A DNA stretch of 32,000 bases from Zygophlyctis sp. KS116. Lineage: Eukaryota; Fungi; Chytridiomycota. A program made the position numbers and the translations under genes. The notes under the pieces were generated by a model. That model saw only the letters and a list, made by a program, of their open reading frames with translations, was not told where the DNA came from and made no database searches. Position 1 is the stretch's first letter. Each line of letters opens with the position of its first letter. Below are positions 1 through 11,213 of the stretch, piece by piece. The stretch is from assembly GCA_054661495.1 (NCBI GenBank), contig BAAFSQ010000091.1, positions 1 to 32,000 on the forward strand, read 5' to 3'.

Positions 1-25
1 TTTTTTATTTCAATGAGAAAAGAAT

Positions 26-1452
26 TTAGCAATCAATACAGCATGACGTACAATTGGGATCAATGATGCACTGAGGGAAGGGGCATTCTCCATCACCTGG
101 ATCTTCAGGATCTTCAGGGTCTTCTTCTGGTTCCTACAAATTAAATATATTATTCATGTACCTTTGGTTCCTGTGGCTCAGAGTCAGGGAACCCCCCCTT
201 TAATACATTGTTATAAAGAAAGTTATTGGGTGCCAATTTAAGAGCTCCAGAAATTTTGTCTTTGGAAGATACAAGCTTGATATAATCATGTACCTGCTTC
301 ACAGAAGTAAAATTGCCTTCAGCAAGAGCCAAAGCTACAACACCAGCAACATGAGGAGTAGCCATAGAGGTTCCAGAAATAGTGTTTGTTTTACCATTAT
401 TCCAAAGAGAAGTAATATCAACTCCAGGAGCAATAATATCAACACATGGCCCTCTTTCAGAGAAATAAGCCAACTTATCTGTCCTAACGTTTAAGTAGAG
501 AAACCTTACTTATCAGAAGCAGCAACAGTTATAGCCTCGGGAACTCTAGCGGGAGAAAGTTTACAAGCGTCTTTACCAGAATTTCCTGCAGCAATAGCAA
601 AAACAGTACCAGCCTTGATAGCAGCCTTTACAGCTTTATCAAGAGCAACAGAAGCTCCACCACCAAGTGACATATTTGCAACCGACTTCCTCTTCTTCTT
701 TTTTGCTTCCTTGGCAACAAAATCAATCCCAGCAATGACACTAGAAGTAGATCCAGAACCTTGAGCATCTAAAACCTTTACAGCAATCAATGAAACATTT
801 TTAGCAACACCATACGTTTTAGAACCAATAGTTCCAGCTACATGAGTTCCATGTCCGTTACCATCTTTATCCCCATCTGTAGTAAAACTTTTTCCCCATA
901 CAGCTCTTCCTTGAAATTCGGGATGATTGATTGTAATTCCAGTATCAATTACATACGCATCAACATTAGATCCAGCAGAATCAGGGTATTTGTAAGATTT
1001 AGTCAATGGAAGATCTCTAGAAGAAATTCTTTTTAAACCCCAAGATCCTGGATTTGATTGCTCTCCAAGAAGAGTCACAACACGATCAGGTTCAATATGT
1101 AGCACTTCTGGCAAATGCGATAACAGAGTTACTCTAACAATTCAATTAAAAAACCTTACATAAACTTTGGGAGTTTAGCAGCATAAGCCTTAAAATTATT
1201 CACCTCATAGGTAAATAAAACATCAAAAGAATCCAACCAAGAATTTCCATTTCCTTGAACGTTTAACGGCGAAGATATTTTTCCGTGTAACCAATTCCAG
1301 TGTTTGGATATATCAGACGGAGATACGGTCTCTTTAAAGACAATTATGTAATGGTCAGGTATAATATCTCCTGATTTTGACCGTGGAGGAAGTATCATTG
1401 GGGCAGCATTAAGAGCTGTAATAGCAAACAATAGAGTAGAAATCAGCTTCAT
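26..1452 (-). CDS. Secreted subtilisin-like serine protease (S8A, proteinase K family) with I9 propeptide and acidic/Cys-rich C-terminal tail; 4 exons
   Basis: Signal peptide MKLISTLLFAITALNA, YIIVFK propeptide motif, and catalytic triad motifs VIDTG, HGTHVAG and GTSMATPH. GT-AG introns at 1134-1159, 484-509 and 134-161 join the ORFs in frame. Last exon is EPEEDPEDPEDPGDGECPFPQCIIDPNCTSCCIDC*. Confidence 0.95.
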
Positions 1453-1462
1453 TTTTCTTCCA

Positions 1463-1511
1463 AACGCGAGAAACGCGAATTTTTTAATCACGCGCGAGCT
1501 CGATTCGCGTG
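1463..1511. promoter_or_regulatory. Cluster of CGCG (E2F/MCB/SCB-like) motifs and a palindrome upstream of the subtilisin ATG
   Basis: AAACGCGA occurs twice, followed by CACGCG-CGAGCTCG-att-CGCGTG, in otherwise CpG-poor DNA. Confidence 0.45.
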
Positions 1512-1833
1512 CAAACTCTTCTTATCTCTCTTCTATCTCTTATCTCTGGCAATGTTAAATAGTAGGTTTCTGTTTCAATCGTTGTTCCGGACATTTTCCT
1601 AATGAATAAATCTGAATAATAAATCTTTAATCTTGAAATTTTAATGTTTAGATCCAAGTAGTAAGCAGTGATCCATAACTCTTACAAATAATGAATCTTG
1701 AATTTAAAACTTTACAAATAATCAGAGTGTCCGGATCTAGTGTTTAAAAATGGTCAAATTTTACTTGGGCCGATCTGAAACTTGTCGTTTCATTCTAGGC
1801 TCTTGAGACAATTTTGTTTAATCTTGTTTTACA

Positions 1834-3225
1834 ATGACAAAAATATTAATGATCTGGTTGTTGACAATGATGTTGATGCTTGAGTGCATTCATAGTGTTA
1901 AAGTATGCACTAAATATTGGGTTAGAAAAGAGTGGAGAGAACTTACTCCGGAGGAAGTCTCTGGATTTTTTACTGCAATCAAGTGTCTCAAGTCAAAACC
2001 ATCTAAATATGATTCTTCTCTTGGATCGACTTCAATCTATGATGATATGGTATACATTCACATCTTTTCTAATGACTTATCTCATAAAACTGCTGCTTTT
2101 CTTCCATGGCATCGTCAGTTTTTAAGTATTTTTGAAAATCTTCTTCGAAATGAATGCAACTATGCTGGAAGTCTTCCTTATTGGGATTTTGCAATGGACT
2201 CACAAGCTCCAGAGAGATCGCCGGTTTTGGGTAAAAATGCTTTTGGTGGAAATGGGGGTCCGAATAATGGATGTGTTACAGATGGGGCTTTTGTGGATTG
2301 GAAAGTTACTTTTCCTCAAAAGAAACCATGTATTACGAGACAATATAATATGAATTCTCAGTATGGAAATTTGATGGGAGCTCAGTATTCGCCACTTCAA
2401 ATAGAGTATATGCTGAGATATTATAAAAACTTTTATGATTTTGGAAAAGTAATTGAAGAGCATCCTCATAATATGGCTCATTATGGGATTGGTGGGACAA
2501 TGTTTGATCCTAAAACTTCTACAAATGATCCAATTTTTTGGGTTATTCATGCAAATGTTGATCGGATGTGGTATACCTGGCAAAAGAGATATCCTGAAGT
2601 TGCAACCACTTATAGTGGAAACACAAAACCTAATTCAACAGTACTAGATGCTTCTCCAGAAGATATGCTTCGGTTTTATGGATTAGGAGATGACGTTAAA
2701 GTTAAAGATACTTTTTCAACAGAGAATTTAAGGTACTGCTATGTCTATTCAAATTCTATAATGCCGATTCAAACTGGAGGAGTTGCAAAGCGTTCATTGA
2801 ATTTTGTTTCCAAATTATTCAAACCCAGTCATTTTGTTGAATCTTTTGGAAAAAAGGCAGATTCAATCTCTGAATCTATCAAGAGTAAAATTGATACTTT
2901 TAAAGGAAACTCAATTTCTCCTGGTCCTTTTGATAGATCTGATCCTATTAAGCTTCGTTATGCAATTCAACTCCCTGATAAACTTTTAAACAAGAAATAT
3001 CCGCCAGAAGTAGTTCAACAAATTAAAGCCAGAGAAAAAATGTTTACTCAATTGGTTGATGAAGCCAATAGAAACAATTTTGTCTCTCCAGCTGCATTGG
3101 CAAACTTTGGATCTTGGATTCCAGCCTCTGTTTCAGATTTAGTCAAATTAGAGATTAAAATGGGACCTATACTAAACCTCTTCTCAAAAATCAAAAATAG
3201 ACTAAATCAAGTGGGAATATTGTAA
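1834..3225 (+). CDS. Secreted tyrosinase / type-3 di-copper protein (intronless)
   Basis: Signal peptide; VRKEWRELT; CuA region H..SH...FLPWHR; LPYWDF; CuB region HPHNMAH..IGG...DPIFWVIHANVDR. Confidence 0.93.
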   Translation: MTKILMIWLLTMMLMLECIHSVKVCTKYWVRKEWRELTPEEVSGFFTAIKCLKSKPSKYDSSLGSTSIYDDMVYIHIFSNDLSHKTAAFLPWHRQFLSIFENLLRNECNYAGSLPYWDFAMDSQAPERSPVLGKNAFGGNGGPNNGCVTDGAFVDWKVTFPQKKPCITRQYNMNSQYGNLMGAQYSPLQIEYMLRYYKNFYDFGKVIEEHPHNMAHYGIGGTMFDPKTSTNDPIFWVIHANVDRMWYTWQKRYPEVATTYSGNTKPNSTVLDASPEDMLRFYGLGDDVKVKDTFSTENLRYCYVYSNSIMPIQTGGVAKRSLNFVSKLFKPSHFVESFGKKADSISESIKSKIDTFKGNSISPGPFDRSDPIKLRYAIQLPDKLLNKKYPPEVVQQIKAREKMFTQLVDEANRNNFVSPAALANFGSWIPASVSDLVKLEIKMGPILNLFSKIKNRLNQVGIL

Positions 3226-3241
3226 TAGAATCCTATTTTTT

Positions 3242-3889
3242 TTATTTTCGATACCACATTCTAGTGATTTTATCTCTCCTCATCTTTTTCTGCAATTGCA
3301 AAACTCCATATAACAATGCTTCTACCAATTTAAAATAAAAAAAATTACCAGCAGTTGGCGGACAACCTGGAACATATATATCCACTGGAACAATCCTATC
3401 ACAACCTCTTACAACTGAATAAGAATAATGATAATAACCACCTCCATTGGCACAACTTCCCATAGAAATAACCCATCTTGGTTCTGGCATTTGATCATAA
3501 ACTTTTCGAAGAGCTGGAGCCATTTTATTTGTAAGAGTTCCAGCAACAATCATAACATCAGACTGTCTTGGGGATGCTCTAAAAAAAATTCCAAGTCTGT
3601 CCTGATCATATCTAGCAGCGGCCATATGCATCATCTCGACAGCACAACAAGCCAATCCAAAAGTCATTGGCCAGATGGAAGAACTTCTAGTCCAGTTGAT
3701 GATAGAATCCATTGTAGTTAGAGCAAATTCCGCTGCATTGTTGGCAACTTTTGGAAGATTAAATGGATTTACAGGAGCAAGCGGTAAATCCTTTCCGTCA
3801 AAAGAACTTCGGGTCTTGTCTTTAGTGATTAGTCGGACAATGTTCCTCTTTTGTAGCCTGCAAGCAAAAGACAATCTTTGTGCTGACAT
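3242..3889 (-). CDS. NDUFS7: NADH:ubiquinone oxidoreductase PSST subunit (NuoB/NDUFS7); one in-frame 27-nt intron at 3322-3348
   Basis: Motifs [23 protein letters not shown] and GSCANGGG. Removing GTAATT...GGTAG restores the conserved PGCPPTAEALLYG. Confidence 0.97.
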   Translation of the reverse strand: MSAQRLSFACRLQKRNIVRLITKDKTRSSFDGKDLPLAPVNPFNLPKVANNAAEFALTTMDSIINWTRSSSIWPMTFGLACCAVEMMHMAAARYDQDRLGIFFRASPRQSDVMIVAGTLTNKMAPALRKVYDQMPEPRWVISMGSCANGGGYYHYSYSVVRGCDRIVPVDIYVPGCPPTAGNFFYFKLVEALLYGVLQLQKKMRRDKITRMWYRK

Positions 3890-4016
3890 TTAAACTTGGA
3901 CGGCAAACGCGAAAATTTAAACTCACTAAAACTGCAATTTGTAATAATAATAAATCCAATCACTCTATTTTGTCATTAAAAATAGTTAATCCATGCAGTG
4001 TTTCATTAAATACCTC

Positions 4017-5535
4017 TTAAATTCCATTGATTGAAGGGTGGGAATGAAATGTATTTTGTCTTGCTAAAAATATTAAAATAAAAAAGTATTACCTTCCGGT
4101 TTAAAAACTGGAGTCATCCTCTGAAATGTAAAATCAAAATTCTTATGATCCTTTGGTGACACCCCTTGAGCATGTCCTGCTGAACCTTCAGAGGGTCGAG
4201 ATCTAAATCGACGTATTGGTTTATCTAATTCATTATCAGTTTCAGAAGATGATGAGCCTGAAAAGTATTTAGGAATATCAAATTCTACTATAGCTCCTGA
4301 TCTAGGACGACGAGTAGATGTATAATCATGAGTAGATGGATAATCAATTTGAAATTTAAAATCATCCAAATCATCTTCATGAATAATCTTTTTACGGGAT
4401 TTTTCCAAAGGATCAGATGTAAAATCCACATCTAAAATAAGTTTACAAAGTAATTACAAGGAGTTTTAGGAGTTTTAGGAGAGGAAATTGGAGATCCTCT
4501 TATTCTCGTCTGATCCAAATCATCACCCTTGTGTAAAGATCTATCCAAATCATCACCCTTGTGTAAAGATCTATCCAATTCATCACCCTTGTGTAAAGAT
4601 CTATCCAAATCAGCACCCTTGTGTAAAGATCTATCCAAATCATCACCATTGTAAGGAGATCTATTCAAATCAGCACCCTTGTGGAGAGATCTATCCAAAT
4701 CATCACCCTTGTGTAAAGATCTATCCAAATCAGCACCCTTGTGGAGAGATCTATCCAATTCATCACCCTTGTGTAAAGATTTGTCCAAATCAGCACCATT
4801 GTAAGGAGATCTATCCAAGTCATCACCCTTGTGGAGAGATTTGTCCAAGTCATCACCCTTGTGGAGAGAACGATCCAAATCATCCATAGAGTAAACCTTA
4901 TCTTCAAATTCAAGCGCTGGATATTTTATATGATCCACAAAACCACTATCCTCCACATCACCCATAAAATCATTCCAAGCACTACTTTTTGGACCTTTTT
5001 GAGCCTTTTGTGATTTATCAGGTTGCGGACATGAGAATCTTAAGCTTGCAGATGGCTGTAGAGAAGCAAGTACTTTAGTCATTTTGCCTGAAAATTCAGA
5101 CGATCCAAGGAATTCACTTTGACATAATGCTCTAACCAACAATTCTTCCTTTGTAAACGGAGGAGTCATTTTCAGTCCAGTATCAAACAGCATGTATGCA
5201 ATTCTACCCTGTGACATTGGATCAAAAACGTATTGGACAAGTTGATCAATTTTAGCATTAAGATCATTCAAATGATGAGCTTTTGAATCAAAGTCAAGTA
5301 TGCCAAATACATCGGTAGGAGATTCAGAGCTTAAAGAATCATTATCACTATAATCTTCCATTGATTTTCCCTCTGGAATAATCGGAAGAGTTGGATTGAA
5401 CCTAAAACCGGCTTTCCTGACATGTCTAGTCTTTCTAGCAGTTGGACTTCTTTTCAAAAGACCCAACGTTTCAGGGCCTGGAAGAATGCCGGTGCATGAA
5501 ACCATTGAGATTAAAAGCAAGATCAAGAGCGGCAT
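4017..5535 (-). CDS. Hypothetical secreted protein with DDLDRSLHKG tandem repeats; 3 exons
   Basis: Signal peptide MPLLILLLISMVSC and a KR site. Introns 4432-4457 (26 nt) and 4064-4092 (29 nt) join ORFs 4432-5535 and 4073-4429 and a final short exon ARQNTFHSHPSINGI*. Confidence 0.75.
4511..4886. repeat. 30-bp coding minisatellite, about 12.5 copies
   Basis: Unit approximately ctatccaaatcatcacccttgtgtaaagat, repeated head to tail with point variants and no unique spacers. Confidence 0.97.
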
Positions 5536-5558
5536 TGTAAATCAGTTGATTTTAACCT

Positions 5559-5674
5559 TGACGTCAATACCGCAAATGCCAAACTTTAATCTACAAATTT
5601 TATCGTTAAAGAGGCTTGTTGACTCATAAGCGGATCATGTGACATCACGTCAAGAGTCATAGAAATGACGTGAT
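5559..5674. promoter_or_regulatory. Cluster of bZIP (CRE/AP-1-like) sites upstream of the repeat-protein gene
   Basis: Perfect TGACGTCA (5559) and TGACTCA (5620), plus TGACATCA, TCACGTCA and TGACGTGA, all within 120 bp. Confidence 0.45.
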
Positions 5675-5745
5675 CTGCAGTCAATCCATAGCTTATCAGT
5701 TAAAATTTTATTTCTTTAAACCGCCCATATGATTTAAAAAAATAT

Positions 5746-7425
5746 CTAGAAAAGAGAATTCCAATCATCGTTTTCAGAAACACTCCATCCTCTTCCACTA
5801 GGATCAAGTATAACTTGTTTTGCATCAATTCCATTCAGACATGGATCACAAAGAATACTTGAAACTTGACATTGGCTTCTATGTGGACCACATCCTTGAC
5901 AAACAAGTCGTTGACAATTTTGACAAACATACTATAATTTAAATTTTTAAAAATTACTTTCCAATTAAATAGATCAAACTGAAATTTACAAAGTGAACAA
6001 TATTTTGTGCATTCTTCTTCAGAAACTAGTAGAGCACTCATTCGATTTACAGTAAAGACAATTTGTTCTCTGGTAATATTGAATGGAATCAGAGATGATG
6101 AATGCCTTAAAAGTTGACAATCTTGTGTTTGAGATTTTTGAGCTACAACAAATCCTTTTTCTCTTTGAAGTTTTACAAAACATGGATCACAACACCTTAC
6201 AGGTTCAGATTTCCCTGGAATATAAAATCCATTTGTTGAACATTCTAAACATACTAAAACACCACATGCCCTATCTTGTAAACTTTAGTAACTCACCGAC
6301 AATGATGTTTCCTATTATACCATGAAAATTTAGAATCACAAACCATACAAACAAGAGAAAAATTATCTGGAATCCATACTGGTGCTAAATACTGAATTGA
6401 ATCATTTAAATTTCCTATTCTTTGAATCCAATCCAAATATTCTTTCTGTGTCTCTTTAAAAGAATTGATCCAAGACTCTTTTTCTAGACTAGAATCTATA
6501 AATTTAAAAAAATCTAAAAAAATACCAACAAATGCAATAAATGACTTTTCCGGACAAGAAACAGAAAATGCATTCACGTACACTAGGTTTTAGCAAATTT
6601 TTCAAGTACAAGGTTTTAAATCTGGAATTGAAGTCAATTGACAATTTTCTAATGAAATTTCTCGATGAAATACAATCTGATCTCCAATCCCAAGACTAGT
6701 AAAATTAAACCAAACTTTTTACAAGTTTACCTTGCATAAATCAAGACATCATTCAATAGAATTAAAATCCTAGTACTAGCTTGACTCAAACCTTGTCTAG
6801 TATTCCTCTTCCAAACTTTGCCAAATTTTACAAAGTATCGCCCTTGTTTAACTAATTTTTGAATTTTGTAAAAATTACTTAGAGATCCTGGGTACCCTAG
6901 AATTCTAGATTCTAAATTTACCCATTTCCAATATAATTCCCGTTCTTGTATTTTTACATTTATATATGTTGCCACATTTAACACCTTTTCTAGTACTAAT
7001 TTTGCTTGAGAATTATTTTTAGAGATTTTTTCAAAGAATAGTTTCAACTGTGGTAATCTTTGAATTGGTTTTAATAAATCCAATTGTAAATCTAGTAGAG
7101 AAATTTCTCTAGAAATACAACTTTTAGCTAATTTATCTAGAGCATTTGAGTAATTTAAAATATAAATAGAATAAATTCTATAGTAATCAATAAATTCCAT
7201 AAATGTTTCTAGTACAGTTTTACTGTTGGAATCTATTATTAGCAACATATTCTGAGATAATTCCATAATTTCTAGTATATTTGATACAATACAAGAAGGA
7301 TTTTTAAAATATTTTGAGATTATAGGAATCCAAGACTCTAATTAGAGAAAATAAATTACATTTTGGAAGTTTTGGAGACTCTTTAGATAGTTTCTTTCAG
7401 ACTTTAATAATTCCTGAATTGACAT
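5746..7425 (-). CDS. RhoGEF (DH)-PH protein with two FYVE zinc fingers (FGD/frabin-like), multi-exon
   Basis: DH start IQELLKSERNYLKSL and LLKPIQRLPQ; PH segment; FYVE motif APVWIPD...CMVC...RKHHCR; second Cys-rich finger (CSLCKFQF...CQNC..VC..C...CDPC). Start codon uncertain. Confidence 0.85.
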
Positions 7426-7517
7426 TTTTACTATTGTTCTTCTTGTTTCTGATCTTGTTTTTAGTAATACTTTTCTTGAATAGATCTAATGCAACTTAAT
7501 ACAGAGTAGAGAAATAA

Positions 7518-10143
7518 ATGAGCTTTGCATCTCCGACTTCATCGTCCAGAGTCCCTCCATTGCTCTTGTTTGTGATTGATTTGAGATGTAATCCAGAGAG
7601 AATATATTATTCTGTTCTATCTACACTCTTGTACTATTACTTTCATATAGATAATCGGTTAACTTGGTCTTGGCAACTGTTTAACGATGGACATGGGATT
7701 ATCCCTCAAAAGATTCCTCTAGAACTCAATACTCAGTCTTTATTAATGTTTTTTCAAAATGTATCAATGTCTTGTAGTAAAAGTGGAGAATGTTTGGTTA
7801 ATGCATTGACTCGTGCTGTTTTGGACTTGAAATGGGATTGGAATTCTACAACTGCTAGGAATTGTGGTGTTGTATTATCTCCTCCACAATTAGAAAAACA
7901 AAAGACTAAATTGGACTATAAAATTAGAAATTATGTTTTTTTAGTTTCGGATTTTACAGAATTCGAATGTTTACAAGTATTTAAAGACATTCTTTTAGAG
8001 AAAAATGGGGTTTTACCTCTTTTAAGAATTGCTTTAATAGAAAAAAGGACTTGTCTTTCAGTAATAGATACTGGGAATGGGATTTCTAGTATTGAAAATG
8101 TTGAAAATAGTAAAATTAGTCTAAAGAATGCTGTAAGAATATAATAATTAAAGAAAAAGGAAAATATTAGTCTACAAAATATACTCAGACTAACAGGAGG
8201 TGCGTATATTTTACTCTTTCAGATTACGAAAAATTTTAGTCTTTTGCCTTCTTGGATGATTTTTAGACTATTTAGAGGAAAAGTAGGTTCTAGAAAATCT
8301 ATAAAGGATGATGGGATTATAAATACTCAAATGGTGGATTATGGAAAGAAATTGGCGTCAATTGAAAAATTAGGTTTTTTACGATTTTTCTCAATATTAG
8401 ATATCTATGCTCTTCCAAAAAGTATTATAGACTCTTTTAAGAATTCAATCTCTTACTCAGAATTAGATTTAGGGTTTATAGGAGGCTTACAGTTTGTGGT
8501 TAGGTTAGATGGAATTCAAGAGTCTAGTTATAGTTCAGACTGGATAGACTCTTCCTTGTCTCCTTTTTTAATTTCAAAAAAACAATTTGACTCTCATACA
8601 CCGGCATTGATTGAATGTAGGCTCTTGGATGGAGTTTCTAGGTTGGCTATTGTGTCCGAATTATGTTACAATGGGTGTTTAATGGTTTTTTTGCAAAAGG
8701 AAATATCATGGCCTTTTCCTACTGTAAAAAAAGGTTTTTCTGATTTTTTTAATGTTTAGAACATTTTGATTTTGATTCTTTTTCTTTAAAGGACTGGTTG
8801 GACAAGATTAGTCAAAATGGACTTTCTGATCTGCTTTTTTCAGGAAATGATTTGGACAATGTTGATTTAGATTTGATAAAATCTACAACTTTTGGATTTT
8901 GGAAGCCATGGATAAAGGAGACTGTCAAAGAAGAAAGTTTGGAGAATATTTTTGATGCAAACGAAAAGCAAGTCAAGTTGATGAAGGAGCCTTTGAAAAA
9001 TATCCCACATTTAAAGGATCTGGGTAGTATTGATGAGACTCTACAGTTTATGTCACGGTCATATGCTGAATTTTTATATTCAAGACAAGTAAAGTTGTTT
9101 TTTGATAATTTTAGGAGAAAATCGATTTCTTTTTATCAAATACGTTGCCAATTGTTTACAATTCTATTAGTTTATTAGTAGGAGATGATGATCCGGTATC
9201 ACAAATCATATTTACTTTTTAGGTTAATCTGATTGTAAGTCATATTGCTTCCTCTCTTTTACATGATACTTGTATGATTGACTGGAGAGGAGACTTCCTG
9301 TCGGCTGTAGGAACGGATGAATCTAATAATCATGCGCATTTTATAAGGGATTTTGAGAGACCAGTTTGTGATAAATGGATACTGGATAATAAGAGATATA
9401 TTTCTGATAAGAGTAAATGGAAAGAACTCGTTCATGGTATCAAAATTAAAAGGTAGGCTTATTTTACAGATTTACAATAGTGCACAGCTTCAAATTATTT
9501 TATTACTTGAATGCGTCCGATTACATGTAGAAACAGAATACCCACTTCCACCATTATATTTTCAAGAATCACTAAAAAGGAAGAAGTCAAGACGAAAATC
9601 TAAAATAACAAACAGTGCAGAGCCTTACAAAAAGCTCATTATTGAATATATAGACCGAATGTCGATCTGGAATGCACTTCAAGTTTCCTCTGCTAATACC
9701 AATATGTATTCGTGCTTCATTGAGCCTGTGATCCAGAATTAGTAAGTGAAATTCATTTAATATTTCTTAGTTATGAATCTAGTATTCCAGATATTGTATC
9801 CAATATAAGCACTAAATTCGCCTCTGAAAATCAGCAGGCTTCTAAAGTGATTGAATCTCCCGTATTTAAGCGAAAGCGAATTCTCGTAACAAGAAAGGAA
9901 GTGGAAGATGTTCATCAGCCTCTCCGTCCTAAAAATCTGTACTCTGAATTATCAAAGAAGGCAATACCTTTGCGAAAGGGACACAAGTCAAGGCGTGATC
10001 CTGTCCCTGCGAAGGGACTTTCAGAGAGCGATCGGCAAATGATCAAGATTTTTGATACGAAAATCCCTGAAAGAATCCTTGTACTTGCAACTCCTCAAAA
10101 GAAAATGAAGAAATGTGATCCGATCGTCTTCAAAAGTGGGTAA
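7518..10143 (+). CDS. Treslin/TICRR (Sld3 family) replication initiation factor, multi-exon
   Basis: N-terminus resembles Treslin_N (LLFVIDL, WSWQLFND, ALTRAVLDLKWD, RNYVFLVSD). Spliced KIKSAQLQIILLLE resembles the Sld3/Treslin domain. CDK-like sites IESP and LATPQKK. The 3' end is uncertain. Confidence 0.72.
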
Positions 10144-10331
10144 ATAGTCCTACTTTAACCATAAAATAAATAATATCGAAGATGGACCACGAATTCTTTA
10201 ATCATACGTGTATCACTTATAGCCCCTGTGAGGAAGATAGAAAATAAAAAATCAGTAGCTTAGTACGAGAAAATTGTTTGAAACATTGAAAAGAACCGAA
10301 TGTCCGAAACCTGAATTTTCTTTCGCGATTA

Positions 10332-11184
10332 ATGAGTTCTGCTATTCAAGATTGGCTAAAGAAGCTGCAGTTTCCTGCGCCCAAAAATATATATGACAGA
10401 GCAATATCCTATTATGATGCATCATTTACCTATAATAATTCAACTGCATTACCCTTAATTTGCATACATTTGGCATGCAATGTTTATAATTGTAACGCTC
10501 CAGTTTCTGAAATTATGAAAAACATTACCGTTGCACCTGATACATATGTTCAAAAATATCGAGAAGTCTCTCAACGCCTCAAAATTGCAATGCCAGTGAT
10601 TGTATTTCTAAAACTTGATTTAACTTGTAGAGTCTGGAAGAATTAGGAGTCTTAAATGGCTGTCAAGCTATAGTTTCTTATGCTAATGATTTAAAGTCAC
10701 TGTATAAAATTAAATGCAAGGAATGTCTTAATCCTGTTTCTTTCGGACAGACAGACTTTGATTCATTGGAGATGAATGTTGCAATTTTCAAAACTGTATC
10801 TAAAGCTCTAAAGGTAAGTTATATATGTGATAATTTATAGACCAAATTAACTCCCCAGCCTTTCCATTCAATCCTCTCTTTAGTACATTCAAAAACGATA
10901 AAAAAGCTACTTTCGGACATGACTAAAAAATGTGAAGCAGAGTTGAATGACTTTGCAGTAAAGTTTAAGAAAACACCACTAAAGGATAAAACTAGAAATT
11001 TAAAAGATGATGATGCTGTAAATGTTATTGGTGTAGATACCAAAAAGCAAAAACTATATTCTGGTTTTTATAAATTGGTAATTTAACAATGAATAACATT
11101 TAGAAACAAGATCAAAACATATTTGAATCTTTACAGTATAAACAATACAAGATGTGGAAAGAGAATATTTTGGCTCAAGTTTAA
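10332..11184 (+). CDS. ORC6: Origin recognition complex subunit 6-like, multi-exon
   Basis: TFIIB-like helical N-terminus (LPLICIHLAC) and C-terminal YKMWKENIL motif, similar to the ORC6 Y..WK..IL helix. Confidence 0.7.
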
Positions 11185-11213
11185 GTGTCGGAATTATTAT
11201 TTTTTAAATTTAA

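Noticed and set aside
1560-1790. Short duplicated words (ttacaaataat, tccgga) in the subtilisin-tyrosinase spacer as a mobile-element relic
   Set aside because: They are too short and AT-rich, with no terminal inverted repeats or target-site duplication.
4511-4886. 30-bp repeats as a CRISPR array; antisense ORF 4488-4889 with HHPC repeats
   Set aside because: There are no unique spacers and the context is eukaryotic. The antisense ORF is a by-product of a stop-free 3n repeat, and the minus-strand frame has the signal peptide.
8133-8159. 21-nt intron in the Treslin-like gene
   Set aside because: An alternative in-frame AG gives 27 nt, so the 21-nt length cannot be claimed.
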